This document shows positions 24,903-38,869 of a DNA stretch of 64,000 bases, one piece after another (the stretch's first letter is position 1; each line of letters starts with the position of its first letter). The stretch is from Eledone cirrhosa. Lineage: Eukaryota. The stretch covers positions 94,240,001 through 94,304,000 of the forward strand of contig OZ024742.1 of assembly GCA_964016885.1 (NCBI GenBank), read 5' to 3'. The notes beneath the pieces were generated by a model that did no database searches, had not been told where the DNA came from, and worked only from the letters and a program-made list of their open reading frames with translations. Position numbers and translations under genes: made by a program.

Positions 24903-27337
24903 TATCATCATCATCCTCATCTTCGGTTAACGTCCATTTTCCACGCTAGCATGGGTTAGAGGGGAGTTGTCCCAATTTGAGTCAAGGTTGGCGGGTGACC
25001 GTGTCTCGCTCATATAGGACTATCTGGCAGGTTTTCTACGGCTGGATGCCCTTCCTAACACCAACCACATTTACAGTGTGGAACTAGGAACTTTTTACCA
25101 TGTTACCTACACAGCCACATTACAGCGTGGACTGTGTGTTTTTTGTTGTGACACCTACACAATCTCGATCTCATTATCTCATTTATTTGGACTGGATGTT
25201 GTGGTACCAACTTTACAGAGAGAGGGTGGTGTTGGTGGGAGTGGGAGGATAAGGTAGGGGTAGTGGATTGTGGTGTATATTTGGTTAAGAGGTGCTTACT
25301 GACTAGGTTTTGCTTTGTACACAGGCAAGGCGAGTCTTCTGTATTACTGCGTAGTGCCAAAGATCTTGGTCCAGTGACATTGTCTTAAAGAGGTGCAAGT
25401 GTGTAAGGTCGGAATTTATTAGATCGTCCCAGGTTTTTCTGGGTCTACCTACTCCGTAACTACCATCAATTTTGATCGCCCTGCACTTTTTTATACAGCT
25501 GTCGTATTTCATCCGCATCACGTGGCCATACCAACGTAGTCTTCTCTCAAGTAAACAGCATCTGATCCCTCTTATTCCTAATTTCTCACTTAGTTCATTT
25601 ATGCTTTGCCGTTCACGTATAATACTATTACACATCCAATGGGGCATGCATACTTCGTTCCATTCCAGTCTGCGCAGGTCCTCTGCACGTAATGCCCATG
25701 TCTCACTGCCATGTAGCATTGCTGTTCGTATACAAGCATCATACAATCTGCCTTTCATTTTTAGAGAGAAACCTTTTGTGGCCAACAGCGGTATAAGCTC
25801 TCTGAACTTTTTCCATCCTGTTCTGACTCTGGCTACTGTACTTTGAAAAGACCCTCCTCCACTGCTGATTTCGTCACCCAGGTAACGGAAAGTGTCTACT
25901 ATTTCTATAGAACCATCTCGGAAATAGAAGGAGCTAGTATCCTGTGGACATTTGCTACTTATTGAACCTGAGCATCGGCCACATATAAAGTCTACGTTCT
26001 TAGATAGTTTACCTGTGATCCCACTACATCTTTTATGTACCCATACTTTGCATTTGGGACATAAAATGGAACTTCTGCCTACTCCTTTCCTACACACTGA
26101 GCATGGCCATTTCCCTGAGGGCACTTGTGCCCTATTTTCCTTTCTACAAACTAGAACTTTAGTCTTAGACAAGTTAACTTTGAGGCCTTTTGATTCTAGG
26201 CCATGCTTCCATGTTTGGAATTTCTTCTCTAGTTCAGCCATTGATTCAGCTATGAGCCTTTGATCATCTGCGTATAGGAGTTCCTATGGATGGGCAGCCG
26301 GTCTTGAACTACTCTGTTATAGCCTGAAGGGCAATAATAAATAGGAGGGGGCTAAGGACAGAGCCTTGATGAACGCCAACTTTTACACTAAATTCTTCAC
26401 AATATTCATTGTTAATTCTAACCTTACTGACTGTTTAATTATACATAGCTTGTATAGCTCTCACAAGCCATTCATCAACACCTAGTTTTCTAACAGCCCA
26501 CCAGATAATGGAGCGGGGAACTCTGTCAAAGGCTTTCTCCAGGTCTACAAAAGCTAAGTAGAGGGGTTTACTTTTAGCTAGGTAATTCTCTTGTAGTTGT
26601 CGTACAAGGAAAAGAGCGTCTGTGGTACTTTTATCTGACACAAACCCAAACTGCATTTCATCTAGATTAATTCGCTCTCTGATTAGTTGCGCTATAACTC
26701 TTTCTGTGACCTTCATGACCTGGTCACTAACTTAATGCCTCTATAGTTTCCCCTATCTAGAGCATCCCCTTTAACCTTGTAGCAGTTAATGATGATGCTG
26801 TTACGTCTGTCTTTCGGTATGACCCCATTCTGTATTACTTGGTTTACTATACGGGTGATCGTAGTGTGTCCCACCATACCAGATGCCTTCAACATCTCAG
26901 CAACTATCTCCGAAGGCCCAGCTGCCTTGCTTGTCTTCATATCTTTGATTGCCTTACTTATTATACTACCTTTAACTTGCACCGCTGGTCCTTCTATCGG
27001 ATCGATTTGGGGCAGACTATCTTTTTCCCAGTTATTCTCCTCATTTAATAGTCTCTCATAGTAACACTTCCAGGCTATCTTCTTATCAGTATGAGTGAGC
27101 GCAAGTACACCGTTATCATTACGGACACACTTCTCCCCGACAATATCCCGGTTTTCCTTGACACATTGTCTAGCAATCCTGAACAGGTCACGTTTTTGGT
27201 CCTCACGTTGTAGAACATGCTTGAACTTTCTATCCTTTGCTACCCTTTTTGCAAGGTACACTTGTCTCCTAGCTTCTCTCCTGACCACTTGATAGTGCTC
27301 TCTACATCCCCCATCCTGCCATACTTTCCAAGCCATA
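24903..27337 (-). mobile_element. 5'-truncated RTE LINE (RT with embedded PHD-like finger)
   Basis: NYRGIKL, QFGF, AFVDLEKAFDRVP, ELLYADD, a C4HC3 finger, RLRWYGHV and a (GAT)n tail; frameshifted. Confidence 0.93.
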
Positions 27338-27553
27338 TATATTTCACATATATTTCTATGATTATACTTTTAATAACTAGAATTAGTTTCTGCTGGTCTC
27401 CACATTAGGCTAACTGTATGTAAATGTTCAGCAGTAATTTGCAAGAGACTTGGCTATAATAATAACAAACACAATCATACATCAATCTGACCACCTCACT
27501 AACAAAACCATGAATGAAAAACTTGTGTGTAAGTGAGTGTGTGTGTGAGTGTG

Positions 27554-27614
<61 letters not shown>

Positions 27615-27624
27615 TATTTTTGTA

Positions 27625-27669
<45 letters not shown>

Positions 27670-27749
27670 CACACACGTAAATACGACTGTTATTGCTCCA
27701 ACCAGTCTACTAACAATCAATAACCACCTTAAATATACATACACACGCT

Positions 27750-27835
<86 letters not shown>

Positions 27836-27984
27836 AATACATATATACATGCACATATAAACTTATGCATATAAACATGCATATATATATATATATGTGT
27901 GTGTGTGTGGGTGTATGTGTGTGTGTACAGAAAACATGACACATATGTGTGTTTGTAGGCATGTATGGATATATGTGTGTGTGT

Positions 27985-28210
27985 AATAAGATGTTATCCA
28001 AATCATTATGAAAGAAATCATTGGTTCCTATTGTGATAATAACATAATTTGCTGACGCTCCTTGACCTAACAGTGAACCTGGCGCTGAATTTGGCAGTAA
28101 TAGCTCACTCCTTCTCCTTTTGCAGCCAGTTCCTTGAGTTTTACTAAGTCTTGCACAGATCGTTTGCCTGGAATGATCTATCAGTCCAATATTACTTACT
28201 GCCAATTTCT
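27985..28210 (-). pseudogene. Possible SGNH esterase fragment (LINE ORF1-like)
   Basis: NYVIITIGTND resembles SGNH block III; no other blocks are visible. Confidence 0.3.
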
Positions 28211-28573
28211 TAATTCACTTTTGTCATGTGATATTTTATCACTGTAATAAATTTGAAGGTTAATTGCTTATTGCATGACACCACTGAATGTATCTGTATG
28301 TATATGTATATATATATATACATACATACATACACTCACACATACATAAATAAATATATATATATATATATAAAGACCCACACATACTTATATGCATGTA
28401 CGAAAGAGAGAGAGAGAGTGGGGGATTATATAAAGAAGCCAATTGTCTGATGGAAAAACCTAACGGATATCTATGAAATTATAGTCTTTTACATATATTC
28501 CACTCACTACATAAAAAATGCAGCAGCCTATAATGTGGTATATAAAGGGATAATGGGCTTATAATATATAAAA

Positions 28574-29488
28574 CTAGCAGTGGTACCCGGCGTTGCACGG
28601 GATAAGATATTTTGGAATGCGGGCCGCCAACAGACCTAATCGTGGAAAAACTGCATAACTGGACAATATATAAAGAAAATAAACCGAATACTCTGATGGC
28701 TGGATAATCTCTAAGATTTTCCTCGATGAAGCAGGAAAAATGCGGGTTTTCACCTAATGCGGGCCCTAGGGGATCAAGAAAATGAATTTTTTTATGTGCA
28801 TAATATGCCTTCAAATTTCGGGAAAATCGGCTACATGTAACGCCTCAAAAAAGCCCTAAAAAGCTGAAAAAACGAGGTTTTTCACCTAATGCGGGCCCTA
28901 GGCCATAAAAAGTTGGATTTTCTTTGCTCACGGTATGAAGAAGAGACTGACTAATACATAGTTACAGTTTCAAGGAAATCAGGCTGACGTAACGCCTCAA
29001 AAAACTCCTAAAAACCTTAAAAAAAAACGGTTTTTCACCTAGGGGATCAAAAAGTTGAATTTGTTTATGTGCATAACTTTCCCTGACACATAAATAATAC
29101 ACATGGAAAGTTTGAAAAAACTCGGTTGGGCACTTCTCGAGTTTTAGGGATTCAAATTCACATACACTCACACACACACAGACATGCTCAGGGAAGTGAC
29201 GTAATGCAGACAGCCAGACATACAGACAGATATTATAAGGGCGTAACGTTATATGTATGTATCTATCTAAAAAGAGAAAGACTAAGAATTATAGAGAGAG
29301 GTCACTAAATCGCCTAATGCGGTCCCTAGGGCATTGAAAATTTGAAAATTATTTTTGCTCAGAACACTCCCTGAAACATAAGTATTACATGTGTAAAGTT
29401 TGAAAACAGTCGGTTGGGTGCTTCTCGAGTTTTAGGGATTCAAACTCACACACACAGGGACAGACATCCTCAGTTTTATATATATAGA
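28574..29488 (-). mobile_element. Non-autonomous Helitron
   Basis: Minus strand starts A|TCTATATATA, ends with a CCCGTGCAACGCCGGG hairpin and CTAG|T; no TSD; internal TTTTCACCTAATGCGGGCCCTAGG subrepeats. Confidence 0.85.
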
Positions 29489-30655
29489 TAACACGAACTG
29501 TCACCAACTAGACAAATTTGGGGAAAAACCCCACGAACACATATATAAAAATCACGCCTGAGAACTTCAGTAGATACAAGCACGAATATAGTTAATTTCT
29601 GCAGCCTTATACTAAATGAACACAGTAGCGCCTATAAACCTTTCAAAAAATGCATAATAATACATTAGAAATAGCATCCACCAAACATCTTCCAGCACAA
29701 GAATCTAATCAAAAACATCAATATAACTTTTCAAATTACTCTCAGATGAGATATCTATCACCAGAGTATCTCCATATTACAATGATTCACTAATGTTATG
29801 CTACTTCAGTTAGGCTACCCATCATCCTCATTATTTAACGCCCATTTTCCTTGTTAGCAAGTGTTGGATGAGTCTACATAGACCAAGTCAGTACTTAATA
29901 GGAGCCACTGATTTCTCAGATGGTCTGGAATCTATCAGAGTGAGAAATGTCATGCCATAGATATAGACATTTTCTTGACACAACTAAACAGTCCTCTTTA
30001 GCTTTTATTCAGTAAATTTCTATGGCTGGATGCCTTTCTTCACACCAACTATATCCAACTATTTCCCATCTATGGACTATTAAAATTACCAACTCAGAAT
30101 CCTCTTTATATGTATTTATTGTGAACACAGGAATGGGTAACAAGAATAAAAACATGGAACCAGGATGAAATATGAAGTAAATCTATTAGTTTGATGCATG
30201 GTGAAATGGAAAGAGTGAATATTTACAGACACTTCCCTCAGTATTCTTTGGGGAATTTTCAAATCCTACATTATGGATTTATTTCCTGAATGATGGCCAC
30301 ATATTGAGAAAAAAAAAATTCAGTTATTCTTCAACACTAAGATGTCATTAACAAAATTCATCTTAGTTGCTTTTGTGTGTTTTACACATAGGGTAATGAT
30401 GTGATGTGTTGTTGCATGTGAACAGATCAATATGCCATGCATTCTGTAAATGACAATTTTTTATGCATTTAGTAACATTTGTTGAGAAACATCTTGATGG
30501 CTAATCATATTTCAATGTGTTTGAGAATACCTTTCTATATATTTATTTTTTTGTAATGTTTCCATTTTTCCATTTTTCAGTCACATGAATATTTAGTAAC
30601 ATAAAACTCAGAGTAGTAATGCAGTAATCTTTTACTTCTAATATGTTCAGGCACA

Positions 30656-30659
<4 letters not shown>

Positions 30660-30735
<76 letters not shown>
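30660..30735. repeat. (GA)n microsatellite
   Basis: Directly visible. Confidence 0.95.
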
Positions 30736-30737
<2 letters not shown>

Positions 30738-32186
30738 ATAGTGGGAGAAAAGATATAATAAATAACTAAAAAATGGCTGACTAAATATGCATGTGTGCTT
30801 TTTTTCTCAATTTTATTTTCCCTTGTTTCTTCCACTTCTCACTCTTTATCTTTCTATTTTATCTTTTATCTCTCATTTTATATCTGAGGAAGCAATAGTT
30901 AAGTCTGATACATTAAGACTCTTTTCCTATCATTTCAAGTGGTAAACTAATGTATTTCTTCATTCTACTGTGTCATTTGCTTACATATTACACACACACA
31001 CACATACACACACTCATGCACACACACACACACATATATAGATATAGATACTTAATCAGCTTCAACAAAGAGCATTCTATTCTTCAATCAACAATAGCAG
31101 TTACTCATTAAAATAATGATTAAGTATTTGAGTAGTTCACACACTTGGGATACCCAGACTAAATCAACATGACACTGAGTCTGTACCTTTGAATATCTGG
31201 TACAGCCTATTTAATGGGATTTCATACAGTTTCTACCTACCCAATTTTACTCGCATAGCTTATAGTCATATTAACTGTTTGTGAAATGAATGTAACTATT
31301 TACTTAAGAGGAAATATAATTGAAGAAACAAAGAAGAATTTATGTTAATAATAATAATTTAGAGTTAAAATATAGAAACAGAAAAATATAAAGTAAATGA
31401 AAGAGACATTAGTCTTAAACACTAATGGCCAATTATCTGGGTTAATAAATGGCATCTGTTTAAATCTATAGGATAATTGTGTTGAAGAGAGGATTGCTGG
31501 TATTAAAACATACTGGTTCTTTTTGGTAGTATCTTATAAACTTTGACAATATAAAATGTGTGAAAGCGAAGAATGCAAAAAAATATAAATTAGATAGATG
31601 ATCATAAAAATGCTTTTAAATAAGCCTTAAAATACCATTTAGTCTGTGGGGCACATCTGAAGCACTACTCTGACTTAGATGTAGTCTGTCACCCTCTCCT
31701 TTACCACCTTTCTTTCATTGCCTAATAATCCTTTCTCTCTCCACATTTTCCTCTCATTTATATCAGTTATAGCTCTTTCCTACACTAATTCCCTTTTCTA
31801 TACATTTGACCAAATATTAAATTCTTTATTACTTGAATGTAATTTTATCATACGAATATATTTGAGTATTTTGAAATAAAATAAATTACAGAAAATTCAC
31901 ATGAAATGTTATTTGGAATAAACTTTACATGCTAGATTGAAGGTAGTTTGAAGGTGTTGCTTAATTATCTGTTTGGAAATATAATTGTTTTAAAATGTTT
32001 TAAGGTTTTGAAAATCCTAAGTCTACAAAGAGAAGTACGTAAGTAAATTCAGATGTGCAAAGTAGACAAGGATATTTTTAATAGTATATGAGGTGGCAAA
32101 TATATATTAAATCATGATGATGATGAAACATTGTATACGGATCTATATATGCCTTTATTATCCTTCATTATCATTAATTTAACAAA

Positions 32187-32309
32187 AGGATAGGCCTTAA
32201 GGAGTGCTAGAAAATTAATTTATTTTTACTCTAATTTCTCTAAATTAGTATAAGTTGACTAAAATGGATCCACCTGGAACTCTTTCTAGCATTCCTTAAG
32301 GCTTATCCT
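32187..32309. repeat. Short inverted repeat (27-bp arms)
   Basis: AGGATAGGCCTTAAGGAGTGCTAGAAA versus the reverse complement of 32283-32309; 2 mismatches. Confidence 0.75.
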
Positions 32310-32809
32310 GTTTTACTATCCTTCTATAAAACGTTATATTTACACCATGTGGAGAACATTTAAATAATGTCTTCCAAGGGTAGATAACTAGCATTTTAAT
32401 GCAGCATAAGAGCTATATTTTATCGAGGACCTAAACATACTGATGAAGTGATTCTTGTTCTTAATGATGTTTACCAGAATCAATAATTGGTGATTGATAC
32501 TAATTTCTGTAATCGATGGTGCACATTCTATTTCTCTGGTTCTTTGAAACAAGCCTCTCTATGTAAGTGCAGTATAATCTTTATGTAAGTACAGCAAAAT
32601 TTTAACACCTAAGGATATATTTTTAAATTTACATTTAAATCTACATATCATTTGCTCACTATATGTACAAAATACTAGGTTGTTTCACAATTGATATATC
32701 CACATATATATTGTTTACAAATATATGATATTATAGATGCTCTGAACGGAAGTTTATTCAGCTTTTTACTGAGAAACATTATCGATATATATTTATATGT
32801 ATTGATTAA

Positions 32810-34218
32810 ACCTAAAATTGTCCACGCGAAACTTCATATGACAGTAGTCCTTTGGTGGTAGCGGATCCTTGTGGCTTTTAGTAAATACAATAAAAGAATT
32901 CACAATGGTTAAATTCACTAAAAACCACAAGATGTATCTCCCCCATTTCTTTCCAGGGCGCCCAACTGGGTAATATGCACAGTACTGGTCAGATTTGTCA
33001 ACCCCACCCATATATTTATTGTAGGAGAGGTTAACTAAAGGTCTACCCTCAGCCCCAACACCTGGTTGTTGGTTAGAACTCAGGAACAAAATTTGCCGTT
33101 TGTCTTTGAACACTGTGGCTAACATGTTCTCTTTTTGCATTTCGAGAATGTGCCCTCTGTTTTTCAGTTTCGCAACTTTTATTTCTCGGGGTAGCCCTTT
33201 CCGATTGCTCATTATTATGCCTCAGGTGTATGTATTTACAAGGGCAAGATCCTCTGCTAAAAGCACCGATGAAAAAAAAAATGGTCAAAATATATATGTC
33301 TGTGTTGAGAGTGGAAGGGTTGAGTCAGCGACCACACAACACGTAACCCAACCCATGTTTTCTCTCTCCGTTATGTTTTTTTCCTGTGTAAACATCAAAG
33401 TTTACACAGTATCCTGTGTCCGATTCACAGTTCCCACACTTTGATGCCCCATTTGGTAGGTTTAGCTGGCATATACTGTCTGAAATGAACCCTACCCATA
33501 TACCCAATCATAGCTTCATCAACACTAAGATTTCTTCCAAGTATATACACACTTTTCTGACAACATTTCAATTAATGGTCGCACTTTGTACAGTGGGTCG
33601 TAATTTGATTCATTTCTACCAGGGGCATTTGAAGTATCAACCAGATGCAAATACTGGTTTAATTTGATGAATCTCGTTTTTGCCTTAATACTAGATATAT
33701 AAGGGTCACCAAACCTTATATCAGTACTCCAATAATTCCACAGTCGTGGAAATTGTTTAATACCAAACATAATATTTATGGTAAAAAACGCTTTCATTTC
33801 GGCAGAATCTGTCGGACGCCATAACAGATCGGGTTTTCCGATATTAGAAATTTGTTGTTGTGCATAGCGATTTGTCTCTTCTGCCACAACTTCTAAGAAA
33901 GTTTGTGGTAAACATAAAAAAAAATAATCCAGTGCTTTAGCATCGGGTGGTAATGTGTGTTGTGGTCCAGTATTTTCTGTAAAATCCGAAACATGTATTG
34001 GTGTTGTTTCTTTCAACCACGTTGGTGTTTTTTCAATGGTGTCAGTCAAATCTTCTCTTTCACTTTCAAAGTGACTATCATCATCATCAGATATATCAGA
34101 AATAAATATATCTGATTCGTTTGAAGATAAATCACTGATATTATCTTGTTTCTTTTTGATCTCGAATGTCGTCGGACATAAAACCTTCAAATTCGTTGTC
34201 GCTACTTTCGGAGGCCAT
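32810..34218 (-). pseudogene. piggyBac (PGBD4-like) transposase, frameshifted and 3'-truncated
   Basis: MASESSDNEFEGF N-terminus, ETNRYAQQ, DPLYKVRPLI, LSVDEAMI, KPTKWGIK and YNKYMGGVDKSDQ. Confidence 0.9.
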
Positions 34219-34344
34219 GTTACACTTTCAACGTTAAAAACACGTGTTATCGCAAGTTCTTTCACTATACTAAGAGTTAATTTTCGCGCGTAAGGGCTTT
34301 ATCTCGCAGTAATCTCAAATTGACGAGATTTCGATGATGTCAAT

Positions 34345-34462
34345 ATTATTTCCCGCCGAGGTTAACTTTGCCTTTCATCGTTATGGGGTCGATAAAATAA
34401 AGTACCAGTTATACCCTGAAATAATTGCTGGCCTTGTGCTTAAAGTAGAAACAATTATTTTT
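34345..34462 (+). mobile_element. SINE family A 3' half
   Basis: CCGCCGAGGTTAACTTTGCCTTTCATC...GGGGTCGATAAAATAAAGTACCAG. Confidence 0.75.
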
Positions 34463-34555
34463 AGAAGGAGATCTCCATGTAGTATTAAATGTCGGTTTGA
34501 ATAAATGAAAGGGGACATAATCTTGTCGGTTTTTGTCGGTTTGAATGCTAAAGGG

Positions 34556-34659
<104 letters not shown>

Positions 34660-34679
34660 GCAATAAGCATGTTGGAACA

Positions 34680-35530
34680 ATATGAATGCTCTAGTATTTG
34701 TGTTTGGATAAATGGTGCTTAGCCAAAACCATTGAATGTGGGTATCAGACTCTGCCAAATGTGCACTGTCATCTCTCCTGTCCGTAATCTTCATAGACAA
34801 GATTGACATGCATAGCCAGCTTGGAAGAATTATCAAGGCTGGCAGGTGTAAGATTAGTTGGATGGAATTTGTGGATGTCATGGAACTACATATCTCCACT
34901 GAAGATGATCTCTGATATACACTTGATAGTCTTGCTGTTGCGTGCTGCACTAGCTGGAATGGAAATCAGTGCCGTAAAGACAGAGTCACTCATCCTCTCA
35001 AAGAAGCCTGCACAGTGCTAGCTACATGTAAGTGGAGTTCCACTGAAGCAGGCAGAAAATTCAAATATCTCGAAGCTGTGTTCATGAATGAGGGAAGGCA
35101 GGAGGCTGAATTAAGTGCAAGAATTACAGGAGCTGTTGCAGTAATGTGTCAGCTTTAGGGAGGTAGGTGTAAAAGTAAAACTTGTTATCTTCAATTCATG
35201 GTAACCCTTGCCTATAATCATGAATTTTGTGTAAGGACCAAAAGAATACAATCACAAATACAAGAAACTGAAATGGGGTTTCTCTGAAGGCTTTCTGGAG
35301 TAAAATTACTCGATAGAGTGCATAGTTCAGAGATCAGAGTATCCCTCAAGGTTGAGCCCCTACTTCTCCAATCTTAGAAATCACAGCTCTGATACTATGG
35401 ACATGTGCTTAGGATGTCTCAGGAAAGAATTGCTGGGGAGAGTTTGGCAAAACCAACTGGTAGGAGACCCAGGAGTAGACACCAAGCAACATAGATTAGA
35501 TGACTGCCGCATGCTGAGGCCAGACTGGTC
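34680..35530 (+). pseudogene. RTE (Rex3/Expander-like) RT remnant
   Basis: Homologous to 770-1555 (AGMEISAVKTE, SGVPLKQ, GRQEAELSARI). Confidence 0.75.
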
Positions 35531-36056
35531 AGGTTCATATGCTTTACTTTAACTTGGTTTCTATGGCTAGAGGCCTATCTTAATGCCAACCAACTTACAA
35601 TATGTACTGCAAGCATGGTTTCTATGGCTGGTTGCTCTTCCTAACACCAATCACTTTATAGAATATACTGGGATCATTTTATCGTGACACCAGCACTACA
35701 ACCTGAGATGATGTACTGGATACTTTAGTTCTGGCAAGTATAGGAAACCTACATATGCTGCTGCCATGGTATTCAGCCAAAGAAACCATGTCAAACAATT
35801 GATTGAGTGGAATCTTCAGTTGTGTTAAGGACATTCCAACCAACCTAGTGCTTGTTCCATTATAAAATACACCGACTACACTCTGTAAAGTAGTTCATGA
35901 TAGGAGGCATATTCCACTGTAGAAACCATGCCAAAACGTGAATGTATGTAAATGAGATATGCTTCTCCTTAACCATAGCTTGTCTGAGAGGACTATCGCT
36001 CTGATTATGGAAAAATGAACATTAAATGTTCTAGATTATGATAGAATATATTTATA

Positions 36057-36562
36057 TATGAGGTACACTCAAGAGGTTTTGAGACTTTTATCAGAGATAT
36101 ATTTATTTAACTCAGAACAACCCAAACTCTAGTCTCCATCAATTAGGATCTTCCAACTTCAATGCACTTGTTGTAGCACTCCAGTCACTTCTGGAAGGCC
36201 CGGTTGTAGTCCTCGAAAATGAAGGTGTCCTGGTCACTTGTCACAGCCACTTTTATCTGCTCCTCGTCCTCAAAGCAGATATCCTAGAGCTTCTCCTTCA
36301 GCTTTGGGAACATCCAGAAGTCGTATGTGGCTAGTTCTTGACTGTAGAAAGTATGAGGGAGAGTCTTGATTCCCATATTGGCGAAGTAGTTGGTCAACTG
36401 GTTGGATTTTTGTCAGGAGGCATTGTCCTGGTGCAGGTGCCTGTCACCAGACTTGATGAATTTTGATCTCTTGTGACGAAATATCTTTCTGAACTACCTC
36501 AAAATCTCTACATAGTACTCATTGTGGACTGTTTGGCTGTGGAGGAGCTAGTGGATGTAGAT
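36057..36562 (-). mobile_element. Mariner transposon 3' half
   Basis: HQDNA...LPHTFYSQELATYDFWMFPKLK (degenerate HPPYSPDLAPxD) and ECYNKCIEV. Confidence 0.85.
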
Positions 36563-36980
36563 CAAAGGTTCTCAACGGGGGGGGGGGGTCATATGCACCC
36601 CCAGAGGGCGTTTTGGAGCAAGGCGGAGTCAAGGGGTGCACTGGAAGGCTCTTTACTTTGGTAAGTTTTATAAGCCATATTTGTATGTCTCTGAGACAGC
36701 CAGTGTGAATGCATTTGAATGAGCATGCAGACAGCATAACTATGGTATGACCGCAGCTGTAAGCAGGTGTGCAGGCGTGTCTAGAGATCCTAAAAATGGA
36801 AAAACCCACAGTCAACTGGGTCAAGGACCCTTTGAGTTCACCCAGTTAGAATCTTGTCTTTCCTTTACCGATAACAATGTATTTCATGTCTGAAATTATT
36901 GACTCAACCGTAACGAGTTAACACTATGTAGATCTATTTTATTCCCTATTGTATAAATAATATTACAAATACAAACACAG

Positions 36981-37381
36981 AAGCAGGTAACACACACATC
37001 TAGGACCACATACAACACATAAGCAGGTAATACACACATCTAGGACCACATACAACTCATAATCAGGTAGCATACACATCTAGGAACACATACAACAGAT
37101 AAACAGGCAATACACACATCTAGGACCACATACAACACATAAGCAGGTAATACACACATCTAGGACCACATACAACACATAATCAGGTAATACATACATC
37201 TAGGACCACATACAACACATAATCAGGTAATATAGACATCAAGGACCACATACAACACACAAGCAGGTAATACATACAGCTGGAACAACATACAATACAT
37301 AAGCAGGTAATACATACATCTAGGACTACATACAACACACAGGCAGGTAATACATACATCTAGGACCACATACAACACACA
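36981..37381. repeat. 40-bp minisatellite, about 10 copies
   Basis: Unit AAGCAGGTAATACACACATCTAGGACCACATACAACACAT. Confidence 0.95.
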
Positions 37382-38445
37382 TTGTATCATGTGCTACGGA
37401 CGATGCAAGAGCAATGGTCGGCCAACATAAGGGTTTCGTCACTTTTCTGAAGAGATAAAATCTATTTGTATTTGCTGTTCATTGTGTCATTCATCGACAA
37501 CACTTGGCTGCGAAGAAACTCAGTGAGTCGCTGAGAGAGACCTTGCAGGTGGCCATTGATGTCATCAATTTTATCAAACGCCATTCCCTCAATGAACGAA
37601 TTTTTCGGCAACTGTGCCAAGATAATGACAAAGAATTCGTCAAGTTGCTCCTTCATACTGAAGTGAGGTGGCTTTCAAAGGGCAAGTGCCTTACTCACTT
37701 CTTTGAACTGTTCGACTCTATCAATGAGTTTCTTCGAGGACGCAACACAGAACTGTACAAGAAAACCCTCGATGTGAGGCAAGACTGTGCCTACCTCACT
37801 AACATCTTCGACAAATGCAATAGCATCATTATGGCTTTGCAGGGGAAGAAAATCACCTTGCTTAAAGCAAGGAATGCTGTGGAAACATTCCTGGCCAAAT
37901 TGAATGTCATCAAAAGGAATCTTTGTTGACGGGAATTCTATAATATTCCTAGTGTCGCCAATGTTCAAAACATTGTAAGCGATGACCAACTCCAAATTTA
38001 TACCGCTCACCTCCGTGCACTACAAGACAACATGAGAGAATGGTTTGTTGACCTTTTGGTGATGGACATCCCAATGTGGATAGCAGATCCCTTCATAGCT
38101 ACCGTCGACGATTTGGACGTTAAATTTCAGGAATAATTCATTGAACTTCAGCAGATGACATGATCAAAATTAGATTTCCCAAAATAGGTGAACCCCTTTT
38201 TTGGATGCAAGAGGAAATTCAGCGTCGATTTCCACTCGTACATGCAGAGGCTAAGATATTTGCTCTGCCTTTTCCAAGCTCATACTTAGTCGAGAGGAGG
38301 TTTGGTGCTGTTTCCAGACTGCACAGTAAGTCTCGCAACCGCTACAATGTAATTACACGTGGAGATCGCTGGCTACATATTACGAAAATTCAGCCTCACG
38401 CCAAAGAGTTAGCTAGAGTCCATGAAGCCAAGGGTTCCATTGAAA
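37381..38445 (+). pseudogene. hAT transposase (SCAND3/ZBED8-like) C-terminal part
   Basis: CATDDARAMVG, HCVIHRQHLAAK, LLLHTEVRWLSKG and PFPSSYLVERRF; contains stops and frameshifts. Confidence 0.9.
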
Positions 38446-38869
38446 TGAGGTCAAAGTTAAATAAGTTAATTTATCCGAAAACTTGGATATGATATTGTTA
38501 CAAAGCAAACTAACAATTTTTTTTATTCGTAGTTGCAGTCTGACTAGACTGGAAACCATCTACTACAATTCACTTACTCATTTGTTGTTAATATTTTACC
38601 ATTTACTAATAAATATACCCTCATATAGTCATGAAAACGCTCTTCCATGGTCTCTCAGCTCCCAACTGGAGGGGACATCAAGTTAGATATCAACATTTAT
38701 TCTGTCCGTTTCAATAAAGGGACAATTGGAAAGCTTTGAAATGATATAATTGTCACTTTCTTCCAGATAAGAGCACACTTGGGATAGAATGAGCTGCTCT
38801 TGTATAAATGTTCAAAATTGCTGGTATCGCCTGGTGGGAATATAACAAATTCAACTGGTCCTTCAGCAG

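Noticed and set aside
25472-26263. Plus-strand ORFs over RTE copies (also 44603, 52993, 53373, 61438 and 61924)
   Set aside because: They are antisense shadows of LINE ORF2.
32436-32500. CTGATGA followed by a hairpin
   Set aside because: There is no GAAA after the stem.
36981-37381. CRISPR-like regular repeats
   Set aside because: Contiguous 40-bp units with no unique spacers and no cas genes, in a eukaryotic context; it is a minisatellite.
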